Below are positions 26,740 to 40,118 of a stretch of DNA of 64,000 nt, piece by piece; positions within the stretch are counted from its first letter, which is position 1; the number at the start of each line of letters is the position of its first letter. The notes beneath the pieces are model-generated. The model was not told where the DNA came from. It saw only the letters and a program-made list of their open reading frames with translations, and made no database searches. The translations under genes were made by a program, and so were the position numbers. The stretch is from Anaeramoeba ignava BMAN. Taxonomy: Eukaryota; Protista; Anaeramoebae. The stretch is taken from assembly GCA_028826165.1 (NCBI GenBank), contig JAPDFW010000144.1, positions 1 to 64,000 of the forward strand, written 5' to 3'.

Positions 26740-29542
26740 TTACATTACGTAAAGAGAAGGATCCACTTGTTGAGGTAAAGGCTCAATTTTATGTTCTAAT
26801 TCTTCTTCAATTTTTAAAATTGAAGGTTCATCTGGATTTGTAATGAAACTAATTGCTAATCCTCTATGTCCAAATCTACCTGAACGTCCTATTCTATGGA
26901 GATATGTATCTGAATTATCAGGAAAATCAAAATTAATCACAACATTTACTGATTGGTTATCAATTCCTCTTGTAACAACATCTTAAAAAAAAAATTCAAT
27001 TAAAATTTTCCAAAAACAAGAAATTTAGAAAAAAATTAAAATTATTTCTTTTACCTGATGCAATAAGATGTCTGACTTTTCCATCTCTAAAATTATGAAA
27101 AACTTGTGCACGTTCTTCATTACTCATTTTGGAATGTATATAAAGACATGAATATCCTTGATCAAGAATTGTTTGTCTCAGTTTTTCAACTCTGTTTATT
27201 GTATTGCAAAAAATAACTGATTGATTGATTTGTAACTATAAAATTAAATTGAATTGAAATAATAAGTTGCCAATTTTTATAAAAGAGCAAAAAAAAAAAA
27301 AGAATTTTTTTTCTTTTTTACTGAAGAGAAAAGATTATTCAAACAAATGATTTTCTGATCTTCATTAAGAGACACATAATATTGTTTTACTCCCAGTAAA
27401 GTAAGTCCATCCATTGTATTTACGTATTTAACCTGGTGAAGATTTCCTTCCTTTTAATAATAAAAAAAACAATTTTCAATTTTTTGGGATTCATTCCAAT
27501 TTTTTTTGAAATTTGTTTTTTGAATGAATTTACAATAAAAGATTGAATTTCAAATGGAAATGTTGCTGAAAATAAAAGGGTTTGTTTTTTTTGAGGGCAA
27601 AGTTTCATGACATCCTCAATTTTCGATCTTGAATCAATTTCTGTAAGAAGTTTATCTGCCTAAAAAATAAATTTTGTTTATTTTGAAAATATTTTTGAAT
27701 TTTTCATGTAAAAAATAAATTTTTTGAATTTTTATAATTCTTTACTTCATCCATAATTAGAACAGAAACATTGCTTAAATCGAGAATTCCTTCAGATGCA
27801 AAATTATGAAGTTTTCCTATTTATGATTCAAAAATATAAAAATAAATATAAATATAAATATAAATATAAAAATATAAATATAAACAAAAACAAAAACACA
27901 AACCAATTGTACAAACTAAAACATGAACAGTTTTTTTAAGTCTTGCTAAATCTTCATCAATTTTTGAACCTCCTGTTAAATGCATAACCTAATTTTTGAA
28001 TTGAATAAAAGGAGAAATTATTTTTCTTTTAAATATAAATAAAAAAATAACCAAAAACAAGAAAATTTACTTGTATGTCATCAAAATTTCCTAATTTTTT
28101 TGTTTCAATTGAAATTTGCATAGCTAATTCTTTAGTGGGAGCAATAATCAAAACTTTAAAACAAACAAAAAAATTCAAAAACAAAAAAAAAACAGTTTAA
28201 ATTATAAAAAATTGAATGAAAAAAAAAATTTAAGAAATATTTACCTTGAACAGTATTTTTAGAAAAATCAATCTTTTCAATTGAAGGTATTAAAAATGTA
28301 GCTGTTTTTCCTGTTCCATTTTTTGCACGGGCAACAACATCATATCCTTTTAAAATTAATGGGATTGCTTGTTCTTGAATTGGTGATGGTCTTTAAGATG
28401 AATTAATATAAAAAACAAATTATTTTATTTTAATTTTCAAAATAAATGAATAAAAAAAAGAAGATGAAGTAAAAAAATACTTTTCATAACCACATTCATG
28501 GATTCCTCTAAGTAAATTACGATGAAAATTATATCCTTGAAAATCTGGAGTAGTACTACTTGTAACATCAGAAGTTTTTTCTCTTTTATCTTTTTGACTT
28601 TTAATTTTATAAATTTATAAATGAATTTTAATTATAATTTTATAAATGAATTTTAATTTTATAATTTTATAAATGGATTTTAATTTTATAATTTTATAAA
28701 TGAATTTTAATTTTATAATTTTAAATGAATTTTAATTATAAATTATAAATGAATTTTAATTTTAATTTTATAAATGAATTTTAATATTAATTTTATAAAT
28801 GAATTTTAATTTTATAATTTTATAAATGAATTTTTATATTAAATTTATAAATGAATTTTAATTTTATAAATGAATTTTAATTTTAATTTTATAAATTAAT
28901 TTTAATTTTAATTTTATAAATGAATTTTTATATTAAATTTATAAATGAATTTTTAATTTAATTACGGGTTTGTTTTTTTGATTTTCTTCTGATTTAAATT
29001 ATCTGTTTGTTTCTGAAAGGGACCATCCTGATTGGTAAACTGATTATTTGATTTTTGCGAGAATTTTTTGGTGAAATGGGTTTTTGAGAATGAGAATTAG
29101 AATGAGAATGAGAATTAGAATTAGAATGAGAATTAAAGTCTCTATTGTGGGATCTTTGATGATGATGATGATGAATATTAGGAGGGGGATAATAGTAATT
29201 ATAGTATTCATAAGGATTATAAGGATATTGAGGATATTTTGGGTTGTTTTGTTGATATTCAAATCCCATTGGCATTTGCATGTAATTATTTGGAAAATTA
29301 TAAGGCATTTGTGGATATTTTGGATTTGGATTTGGATAATAAGGTTGATAATGTGAGTAATATGGATTCTGTTGATAATATGGATTTTGTTTTTTTTTCA
29401 CATAACGTCCTCTTCTTTCATAATTTTTTTGTATCGGTTGTTTTGTTTTTGTGTTTGTTTTTGTATTTGTATTTGTTTTTGTTTTTGCTTTTGTTTTTGC
29501 TTCTGAATTATCTGTTGATTTATTTGGTGTATTTTGATCCAT
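26740..29542 (-). CDS. DDX6: DEAD-box RNA helicase DDX6/Dhh1, multi-exon, with a Y/P/N/Q-rich N-terminus
   Basis: [85 protein letters not shown]. There is one probable indel near 29050. Confidence 0.92.
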
Positions 29543-29867
29543 TTAATTTTATTTAATTTTAATTAATTTTAATTTTAAATTAAATTTTAAATTTAATTGT
29601 AATTTTAATTTGTATTTTTAATTTGTATTTTTTTGTATTTTTTTGTTTTGCTTTGTTGGCCTTTTTTGTGTTTGGTTGAGTGTGTGACTCTTTGAGTTTC
29701 TAATTAAAAAAAAATTAACAGAAAAAAAAAATTTAAAAAAAAAATAAAAAGTAAAAAATGAAAAAATAAAAAATAAAAAAAATTTTTTTTCCTTTTTCTT
29801 TTTTTTCTTTTAACTTGCCCCCTATTATTTTTTATTTAAATTTTTTATTATTTATTTTATTTTAAAT

Positions 29868-30905
29868 TTAGATCAAAAAAATCAAAAGAAAGAAAGAATA
29901 TTTAAACAATAAAAATAATTTAATTTTTTATTATTAATTATTTTAATTCAATTTAATCCACTTTTTTATTATTAATTATTTTAATAATTTAATTAAATTT
30001 AATCCACTTTTTTATTATTAATTAATTTAATTCAATAATTTAATTCAATTTAATCCACTTTTTATTATTAATTATTTAAAATTTTAATTTAAAATTTAGA
30101 TCAAAAAAATCAAAAGAAAGAAAAGAATATTTAAACAATAAAAATAATCTAATTTTTTATTATTAATTATTTTTAATTAAATTCAATCCACTTTTTTATT
30201 ATTAATTATTTCAATAAATTTAATCCACAATTTAATCCACTTTTTATTATTAATTATTTTATTTAAATTTAATTAAATTTAATTTTTAAAATTATATTTA
30301 AACAATAAAATTAATTTAATTTTTTATTATTAATTATTTTAATTTAATTAAATTTAATCTAATTTTTTATTATTAATTATTTTAATATTTTAATTAAATT
30401 TAATCCACTTTTTTTATTATTAATTATTTTAATTTAAAATTTTAGATCAAAAAAATCAAAAGAAAAAAAGAATATTTAAACAATAAAAATAATTTAATTT
30501 TTATTATTAATTATTTTAATTCAATTTAATCCACTTTTTATTATTAATTATTTTAATAATTTAATCCAATTTAATCCACTTTTTATTATTAATTTTTATT
30601 TTAAATTTTCAAAAATCAAAAGAAAAAAAATAAACAAAAAAAAAAGAATATTTAAACAATAAAAATAATCCTAATTTTTTATTATTAATTATTTTAATTA
30701 AATTTAATCCACTTTTTTATTATTAATTATTTTAATAATTTAATCAAAAATAAAAAGAAAAAGAATATTTAAACAATAAAAATAATCTAATTTTTATTAT
30801 TAATTATTTTAATTCAATAATTTAATCAAAAAAATCAAAAGAAAAAAAGAATATTTAAACAATAAAAATAATTTAATCCACTTTTTTATTATTAATTATT
30901 TTAAT
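29868..30905. repeat. Complex AT-rich tandem repeat between the divergent DDX6 and DPP genes
   Basis: Recurrent modules AATCCACTTTTTTATTATTAATTA and AAAGAATATTTAAACAATAAAAATAAT. Confidence 0.85.
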
Positions 30906-30948
30906 TAAATAATTTAAATTTCATTTTTTTTTTTTCGATTTTGGAAAA

Positions 30949-33900
30949 ATGACAAATCAATTAAAGGATAAAATTCAACAAATTTCATATCTTTTATCAC
31001 AATCAAACCATCAAAAAATTCCAAGAAATTTACATTTTTATGAAGATAAATTATTATTTATTGGAGAAGATTATAAAATTTCACGAACAACAAATCTATA
31101 TACAGCGGACATAAAAACAGGAGAATGGAAAGCAATATATGAAGGAAACCTAACAGAAAGCAAGAAAACACTTTCAAAAGAGGAAATTTTATTGCAAGAA
31201 AGACAAAGAAAAAGAAATTTTTCAGGATTATCAAATTATATTATAAATGAAAAAAATCAAATTCTACTTTTTCCACTTTCAGGAAATACAATTTATTATG
31301 ATTCACTTATTGAAACTTCCAAAAACTCTTTTACAAACAAGGATATAAACAAAAGTTTGATTGAAATCACCCCCAAAGATTCAATTTCTTCATCTCCAAG
31401 AATGTCACCTTCTTTTTCTTCTGATTCAAGATTTCTTTCTTTTGTTAGAGATAATGATCTTTTTATCACTCTAATAGATAATAAAAATCAAAATACAAAT
31501 TTATTTATGGAATTCCAGCTTACTCAAGGCTCGAAATCTGCTTATGCTGAGTTTGTTATGCAGGAAGAATTTGATAGGTTTGATGGATATTGGTGGTCTC
31601 CTTCTGTTTATTTGAATGTATTTTGTTACTTTTGGATTTTTATTCAAATCAAAATTAAAATTAAAATCAAAATTAAAAATCAAAATCAAAATTTAAATTA
31701 AAATTAAAAATCAAAATTAAAATTAAAATTAAAATTAAAATTAAAATTAAAATCAAAATTAAAAATCAAAATTAAAATCAAAATTAAAATTAAAATTAAA
31801 ATCAAAATAAAAATCAAAATTAAAATCAAAATTAAAATCAAAATCAAAATTAAAATTAAAATTAAAATCAAAATTAAAATCAAAATTAAAATTAAAATTA
31901 AAATTAAAATTAAAAATCAAAATCAAAATTAAAATCAAAATAAAAATTAAAATCAAAATTAAAAATCAAAATCAAAATTAAAATTAAAATTAAAATCAAA
32001 ATTAAAATTAAAATTAAAATTAAAATCAAAATTAAAATTAAAATCAAAATCAAAATCAAAATTAAAATTAAAATCAAAATTGAAATCAAAATCAAAATCA
32101 AAATCAAAATTAAAATCAAAATTAAAATTAAAATTAAAATAAAAATCAAAATTAAAATTAAAATTAAAATCAAAATTAAAATTAAAATCAAAATCAAAAT
32201 TAAAATCAAAATCAAAATCAAAATCAAAATCAAAATCAAAACTAAAATTAAAATCAAAAATTAAAATTAAAATCAAAATCAAAATTAAAATTAAAATAAA
32301 AATTAAAATTAAAATTAAAATTAAAATTAAAATCAAAATTAAAATCAAAATTAAAATTAAAATTAAAATCAAAATTAAAATTAAAATAAAAATCAAAATC
32401 AAAATTAAAATCAAAATCAAAAATAAAATCAAAAATAAAATAAAAATCAAAATTAAAAATTAAAATCAAAAATTTTAGGACTCAATAAGAACTTATAGAA
32501 TTTTATACCTCGAAGTTGATGAAAGTGAAATCACAAAATATCCAATTCTAAATCAAGCAAAAAACAGTTTTGAAGTGGATAATTTTCTTTTTCCATTTGT
32601 CGGAACTAAAAATGCAAAATGTGATTTGCGCCTCATAGAAATAAATGAAAACATTGAAACAGGGGAAATCAAGTGGGAAAAATACAAATTAAAAACTCCG
32701 ATATTTGAAGAATTTTCTTGGGCCGAATATATTGTGCGTTGTGGTTGGGTAACCGATGGCCAACATTATTGGGTTCAATTACTTGATAGATCGCAAGAGA
32801 AATTATCTTTAATACGGTTTGGATTGGACAGTTTTATTTCTGAAAAAAATGGAGATCAAGAAAGCACAAAAATCAAATACGATATTTTAATTGAGGAAAA
32901 AACGGAAATTTGGATCAATGTGACAGACATTTGTTATTTTTTTGAAAAAAATCCAAATCAATTTATCTGGGCAAGCGAAAAATCAGGTTTCAGACATCTT
33001 TATCTGAAAGTGATTGTGGAAGATGAAAAAAGAAATGTTTTAGAAGTGAAAACTTTTGATATTACAAAAGGTGAAAATTGGCAAGTTTGTGAACTTGTTT
33101 CTATTGATGAAATAAACCAACTTGTGTATTTTATGGGGACTAAGGACACTCCTCTTGAAAAGCATTTGTATGTCGCATCACTAAAACAAGGGAATGATCC
33201 CACACAAATTCACAGACTGACTGAATTTGGGTTTAATAATATTGAAGTTGCAATGAATTCCAAATGCACAATGTTCGTTTCCAAAAAATCAAGTATTCAA
33301 AAAGAAGCAACAATTACAATTTACGGAATAGAATTTCCTGAGGGAGAAAAATATCAACCACCGAATATCAAAACATTGGCAAATGTGGATACAGCGCCAT
33401 CTATAGTGTACAATAATATTTTCCCCATTTGCAAACCCGAAATTTTTAATTTTCAATCAAAAACAGGTGAAGATCTTTATGGTTGTTTTTATCGTCCAAA
33501 TGAAGATGATTTCCAACCGCCTTATAAGACTTTCTTGAATATTTATGGAGGTCCTCATGTTCAGCAAGTCAAAAACGACTATTCACTTACAAGCAATTTA
33601 CTCTATCAAACATTAGTCAGTATGGGATATGCTGTTGTTATTATTGATGGTCGTGGTTCTTGGAATCGTGGATTGCATTTTGAAAGTTATTTTAAGAAAA
33701 AAATGGGAACTTTTGAGCTTGAGGACCAAATTCAAGGTCTGAAAACTTTATCTGATTTTGGAATTGTTGATTTGTCAAGGATTGCTGTTTATGGTTGGAG
33801 TTATGGTGGATATATGGTAGCTATGGCTATGGCTAGATATTCTAATTTTTTCAAGTTGGGGATTTGTTGTGCTCCTGTTATTTCATGGAATTTTTATGAT

Positions 33901-34536
33901 ACTGTACTTTTTTATTTCAATATTTATTTTTTATTTCAATATTTATTTCAATATTTTAATATTTATTTTAATATTTAATATAATATTTAATATAATATTT
34001 ATTTGAATATTTTAATATTTAATTCAATATTTAATATTTATTTCAATATTTAATTTAATATTTATTTCAATATTTATTTCAATATTTATTTTAATATTTA
34101 ATTTAATATTTATTTTAATATTTATTTGAATATTTAATTTGAATATTTATTAGGGTTATACTGAAAGATATATGGATACACCTCAAAAAAATCAACAAGC
34201 TTATGAAAAAGAAACATCAGTTTTATCATATGTTAAAGATTTTCCAGATGAGTAAATTAATTTTCTAAATTTAATTCTTTCCATTTAAATTTATAAATAA
34301 AATTCTTTTTTATTTATTTAAATTTTAAAAGAACAAATCGATTTCTTTTAGTTCATGGACTTCTTGATGAAAATGTTCATTTTACTCATTCTTATTCTTT
34401 AATTGAAGCATTAATTGAAAATGGAAAACCTTATATTCTTCAATTATTTCCAAGAGAAAGACATGGAGTAAGAAATTGGAAAAGTTATATTCATTTACAA
34501 GGAACAATATTATCATTTTTGGAACAGAATTTATAA
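30949..34536 (+). CDS. Dipeptidyl peptidase 8/9-like (S9B), 4 exons
   Basis: FVMQEEFDRFDGYWWSP, YGGPHVQ, IDGRGS, catalytic GWSYGG, YDT|GYTERYM, HGLLDENVHF and FPRERHG. No signal peptide or TM segment, consistent with the cytosolic DPP8/9 type. Confidence 0.95.
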
Positions 34537-34679
34537 AAGATTTAAAAAAGGGAAATTTTTTTGAATTTGGAATTTTTGAAGAATTTATAATTTTTTTTAT
34601 GAGAGAAACAAATTCCAAAAAAGAATTGATTCATTTCATTAAAAGATTTAAAAGCAATTTTCCATTTAATTTGTTTTAA

Positions 34680-36110
34680 TTTAGATTTATATTTATATTT
34701 ATAATTATATTTAGATTTATATTTAGATTTATATTTATATTTATATTTATATTTTAAATATTTGAATTGAATTTGATTTTAGATTTATATTTATATTTAG
34801 ATTTAGATTTAGATTTAGATTTAGATTTAGTTTTATTTAGATTTTAGATTTAGATTTAGATTATATTTAGTTTATATTTTAATTTAGATTTATATTTTAA
34901 ATATTTGAATTGAATTGAATTGAATTAAATTTGATTTATATTTAGATTTTAAATATTTGAATTGAATTTGATTTAGATTTAGATTTAGATTTATTTCAAT
35001 TTATATTTAGATTTAGATTTATATTTATTTTTAGATTTATTTTAATATTTAATTTGAATATTTAGATTTATATTTTATTTATATGGATTTATTTATATTT
35101 AAATTTAGATTTTAGAAAAGAAACATAGTTTTATATTTATTTAGATTTAGATTTAGATTTTGATTTAGATTTAGATTTAAATTTAGTTATATTTAGATTT
35201 AAATTTATAATTAAAATTTTTATTTTTAAATTTTAAAAGAACAAATTTAGATTTTTAGATTTGGACTTTTGATGAAAATGTTCATTTTTTAGATTTTATT
35301 TTTAATTGAATTTAGATTTGATTTGGAAATATTTATATTCTTCAATTATTTTAGATTTATATTATGATTTATATTTATGGAAAAATTTATATTTAGATTT
35401 GGAATTTATCATTTATGGAACATATTTTTGGATTTAATAGGAAATTTTTGAATTTAGATTTTAAAGAATTTATAATTTTTTTGAGAGAAACAAATTCAAA
35501 AAGATTTGATTCATTTATTTAGATTTTAAAAGATTTCCATTTTAATTTTTTTATTTAGATTTATATTTAGATTTTATTTTTATTTAAATATTTGATTGAA
35601 TTTAGATTTAGATTTAGATTTTAGATTTAGATTTATATTTAGATTTATATTTAGATTTATATTTAGATTTTATATTTTAGATTTAGATTTAGATTTTATT
35701 TATATTTATATTTAGATTTAGATTTAGATTTAGATTTATATTTATATTTATATTTAGATTTAGATTTAGATTTATATTTAGATTTAGATTTAGATTTAGA
35801 TTTAGATTTAAATATTTAAATTGAATTGAATTTGATTTATATTTAGATTTATATTTAGATTTATATTTAGATTTAGATTTATATTTTAAATATTTGAATT
35901 GAATTGAATTTGATTTAGATTTATATTTAGATTTATATTTAGATTTATATTTAGATTTATATTTAGATTTTAATTTAGATTTATATTTAGATTTATATTT
36001 AGATTTATATTTAGATTTAGATTTAGATTTAGATTTATATTTAGATTTATATTTAGATTTATATTTAGATTTAGATTTATATTTTAAATATTTGAATTGA
36101 ATTTGATTTA
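34680..36110. repeat. (TTTAGA/TTTATA)n microsatellite containing a garbled echo of the DPP 3' end
   Basis: Hexamer satellite with fragments of 34170-34680 interleaved at ~35080-35560. Confidence 0.85.
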
Positions 36111-36225
36111 AATGATTTATTTTTGATTTGTTAAATGATTAATTGAAAATGTTAAAAATAATTTTGGATTTGATGAGAAAAAGAAAAAGAAAAAGAAAAA
36201 AAAATAAATCATTGAAGAAATCAAA

Positions 36226-36750
36226 TCAAAAGAAGAAAAAAAAGAAATTAAAAAATAAAAAGAAGAAGAGAATAGAAGAAGAAAAAGAAGGAATTGAGCT
36301 ATTATTACAAGCAAGAATATCACAGTCCGCAGCTTGTTCATGCATAGAAAGGAGTTGGTCACAAGAATAACCAAGAGGATCGTAGCAGTTATAATTATAA
36401 GTACCGTTTACTTGAGTACCGCACCAAAAACAGTCTTTACTTAAGCAAGTTGACTTGTAATTTGCATCTGTTCCATTCCAATCACATTTAGAAACATTTT
36501 GATGACAATTAAAAACTAAACAAGTTCCAAGAATATCGTTTCTTTCCTTGAAATGTTCACATGATTCATTCACTTTATCATAACAAGTGAATTCATAATG
36601 ATAATTCCATTCATATCCACACCAAAAACAATTGGATGACAAACATATTGATTGATATGATATATCTGTTCCTGTCCAATAGCATGGGAGATCATCTGAA
36701 AATGCTTGGAGGAATGTATAAAAGAAAATTAGAAATATAACGAAACGCAT
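36226..36750 (-). CDS. Secreted or surface Cys-rich protein with two internal repeats and a hydrophobic C-terminus (possible GPI anchor)
   Basis: Signal peptide, two copies of CxWxGTDxxYxSxCLSxxCFWCG, a Ser-rich spacer and a hydrophobic tail. Confidence 0.8.
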   Translation of the reverse strand: MRFVIFLIFFYTFLQAFSDDLPCYWTGTDISYQSICLSSNCFWCGYEWNYHYEFTCYDKVNESCEHFKERNDILGTCLVFNCHQNVSKCDWNGTDANYKSTCLSKDCFWCGTQVNGTYNYNCYDPLGYSCDQLLSMHEQAADCDILACNNSSIPSFSSSILFFFLFFNFFFFFF

Positions 36751-37019
36751 AAAAGAAGAAGAAAAATGAAGAATTTTAAATTAAAAAAAAATTTGAAATA
36801 ATTATTAATTTAAAGAAATAATTATTAATTTAAAGAAATAATTATTAATTTAAAGAAATAATTATTAATTTAAAGAAATAATTAATAATTTACAAAACAC
36901 GTTTTATTTTTTATTTTTTGTTTTTGTTTTTTTAAATAATTTTTTCAAAATACTTTTTTTCATTTTTCATTTTTCATTTTTCATTTTTTCATTTATTTTT
37001 ATTATTTTTTTTTTACAAA

Positions 37020-38638
37020 ATGAATTTTTTAAGTGGAAATCATTTTGATTCAACTGCTTTTTCAGAATTTCCAGAAATTGGAGAAGATATGTTTGATACT
37101 TTAATTGATTCTTTTGATACAATAGATAACGCAGATATTTTAAATCTTGATTCTATTGATGAATTTAATCAAACAAATCATAGAGACAATTTTTCTCATG
37201 ATCAACCTTCAATTCAAACAATTGAACCAATTTCAAAACCAAATGAAGATACAAATACCACAATTATATCATTAAACGAAGAAGAAAAAAAAACCAATGA
37301 AGATCAAATTGAAAATGACAACAAGAAAAAGCAAATTGAAAATGACAGCAAGAAAAAATCAAGTCAAAATGACAGCAAAAAAAAATCAAGTCAAAATAAT
37401 TCAAGATCAAAGAAAACAACACAAAACAGAAAAACCAGAAAAAAAAGAAAAAAAGAAGAAATTCCTGATCATCTTTGGGTCAAAAATACAATTGGAGAAG
37501 AAATTGATCTTCTTGGAGATTTAACAAAAGAACAATATAAAATTTTAACCGAAGAACAAAAAGAACAAAGAAAATTACTTAAAAATCGAAAAAATGCTCA
37601 AATAAGTCGAGATCGTGCAAAAAACAAGTTGAAAAATCTTGAAGATGAAGTTGAAGATTTAAAAGATATGAATGAAAATTTATCGAGTGAATTAAGCAAA
37701 ACAAACAAAGAAAATGAACTTTTAAAGGTTTGTTTTTTTTATTAAAATTAAAATTCATTTTAAAATTAAAATTCATTTTAAAATTAAAATTAAAATTAAA
37801 ATTCATTTAGTTAAAATTGAAAGAATTAGAAGAAAAAAACAAACGATACGAGCAAGAATTTCAGGAAGACCATGTTAAAAAATCACGAACTCATTCCAAA
37901 GCAAATCAACAAAACTCATTTATTAATACAGCAAAAACATTTTTTAATCATTATACTTCACTTCCAGTTGATGAGATTGTAGAATTTCAAGAAGATAGCC
38001 AATTATTAGAATTTAATGAAAATCAATCAAATTTAAACGACAAAAAACCATTTGATGATTTTTTCAGTTTTAATCCGAATGATTTATCTTTTGATTACAA
38101 ATCAAACTCAAGAACACAAGCATATTCTTCAAATAACTCACTTGGAATTTCAATGATGATTTTCTTGTTTTTATTCGGCTTATTTTTTGGATCAAGCCTT
38201 AAATTCACATCAAATCATGATATTTTCCGAACTTTCCCAAAAGAAATTGATTTTAATTCATTTAATTCTATTCAGGAAATTGATTTTTCCGCTCAAAATA
38301 TTGGCACTCGAGTTTTAAATAGTTTCAATTACAAAACAATTTTGGATCAATCAAAAGCAAATCTTTTTCAGTTTCATTCTTTCGATAATTTTAATTCAAG
38401 TTATTCTAAAAATAGGGATATTTGTCCTGTTATTAATATCAAAAATGCACTTCAAGCTATCAATCACAATGACTTCGATTCTCTTTGTAATAAAATTATT
38501 TCTCCTTCTTGTTCACTAAATAGTCGTTCTTTGTTTTGTTTTGTTGGTGATGCTTTTTGTCAGCAAAAAAATAGTAATTTACTCAATCATCTCATTTATT
38601 TCTTAATGAAAGGTGATCAAAAATGTCGATTTGTATAA
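37020..38638 (+). CDS. Membrane-tethered bZIP transcription factor (ATF6/CREB3/bZIP28-like), 2 exons (37020-37727, 37811-38638)
   Basis: Basic region RKLLKNRKNAQISRDRAK plus a leucine zipper, followed by the TM segment LGISMMIFLFLFGLFFG and a Cys-containing C-terminal tail. Confidence 0.85.
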
Positions 38639-38818
38639 AATGAAGTTTTTTTTTTTATTTTTAAAAAAGAAAGAAAGAAATATCAAAAAATTACTTCCAA
38701 ATAATAATATTATTTTTTTTTAAAAAAAAGTTTTAATCATTTAAGTTTTCAATAAAGAAAAAAATAAAAAGAAAAAGATAAAAAGAATTCGATAAATTTT
38801 TAAATTCAAAAATTAATG

Positions 38819-39492
38819 TTAAACTCCTCCTAAAGCAGATGAAACAAGAACATACATTCCAAATCCAAAACATCCATAAAGAATAACAAGAACACATAAA
38901 CAAATTGAATCAGCTAAAGTAACACTATATAATTTCCCACATTGATCTTTCTAAATAAAATAAAATAAAATAAAACAAAATAAAAAGTGGAATAAGAATA
39001 AAAAAAAATTTTTTTCTTTTTCTTTTTCCTCATTTTTATTTACAATTCCATTAGAAGAAGACCAAACAAATCCAATAATTAACCAAACCAAAAGAAAAAG
39101 ATGAGTTAAGTGAATTGACCAAATAAAAACGCCAATTAAAGGATAATCTCTGGAAAAATAAGTTAAAATTGCAAAGACAAGATCAACAATCAAAAAAATA
39201 TTACAAACCAAAATCCAAGTCCATAATTTTTTATCACAATCCTTTAATATTTTTTCAATTAAATTTGTATTTAGATTGATTTTTTTTATTTTTGCTTTTT
39301 TTTTTTCTTTTACTAAATTTTTATCTTTTGAAGCAATAACTAAAGAAGGAATAACAACAGCAAAAGTTGTAACAAATTGAATTAAGAAAAGTATTATTAA
39401 AACTCTTTAAATTAATACAAAATTTCAAATTAAAATTAAAAATGTTTCTTTTTTTAAATTTAGTTTTGGTTTTACTTATTATCTCTTTTCAT
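38819..39492 (-). CDS. Diverged paralog of the 12.4-15 kb small multi-TM proteins, 4 exons
   Basis: IPSLVIASKDKNL|DCDKKLWTWILV..LVWLIIGFVW..|KDQCGKLYSVTLA. The last two intron positions match those of the triplicated gene. Confidence 0.75.
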
Positions 39493-39590
39493 AATAATTT
39501 TAAATGAAAGAAAGTAAAAAAGAAAAAATGATTTGAAACAAAACAAAAAAAAAATGGGAAATAAAACATTTTTTTTTCTATTTTTAAATT

Positions 39591-39989
39591 CTAATTGTTT
39601 TCTATTTCTTTAAGTGTTTCAATTTCTTCAAATTGTTTTTGAGATTTTGTTTGTAAATTATTTAGTTCAGAAAATAATTTTTCAGTTTGTTCTTTTTCTG
39701 TTTTTAATTGAAGAAATTTTAAATGAATTTCTTTTAATTTTTCAGATTTTTGTTCAATATTTTGATTTTGTTGAAGATTATTAAGTGAATTTTCAATATT
39801 TTCACTTTCTTTTTCTAAAAAAATAATTGTTTTTTCATAATCAGAAATTTTTTCTTCATAAATAGAAATTTGAGAAATATAATTATCAAGTTTTTGGTTT
39901 TGATTTTCTGTTTTTTGAAGTTCTTTAATAACATTATTAATTTTATAATCAATTTCCTTTTCTAAATTTTGAAGAGAAATATTTTCCAT
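39591..39989 (-). CDS. Small coiled-coil protein of unknown function
   Basis: 132-aa ORF rich in E/K/Q/L with heptad character. Confidence 0.6.
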   Translation of the reverse strand: MENISLQNLEKEIDYKINNVIKELQKTENQNQKLDNYISQISIYEEKISDYEKTIIFLEKESENIENSLNNLQQNQNIEQKSEKLKEIHLKFLQLKTEKEQTEKLFSELNNLQTKSQKQFEEIETLKEIENN

Positions 39990-40045
39990 TTTAAAAAAAA
40001 AAAATAAAAAAAAATAAAAAAATAAATTAATAAAAAAATTAAAAA

Positions 40046-40118
40046 TGACGTTGCCAAGAGTCGAACTTGGGTCTTGAACGTGTAAAGTTCACGTGCTCAA
40101 CCGTTACACTACAACATC
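40046..40118 (-). tRNA. tRNA-Val(TAC), intact and intronless
   Basis: GATGTTG-TA-GTGT..GCAC-G-TGAAC-TTTACAC-GTTCA-AGAC-CCAAG-TTCGACT-CTTGG-CAACGTC-A folds into a cloverleaf and is followed by a TTTTT Pol III terminator. Confidence 0.97.

Noticed and set aside
34680-36110. Telomeric repeat (TTTAGA)n
   Set aside because: It is internal, degenerate, mixed with TTTATA and also present inside an intron, so it is an ordinary microsatellite.
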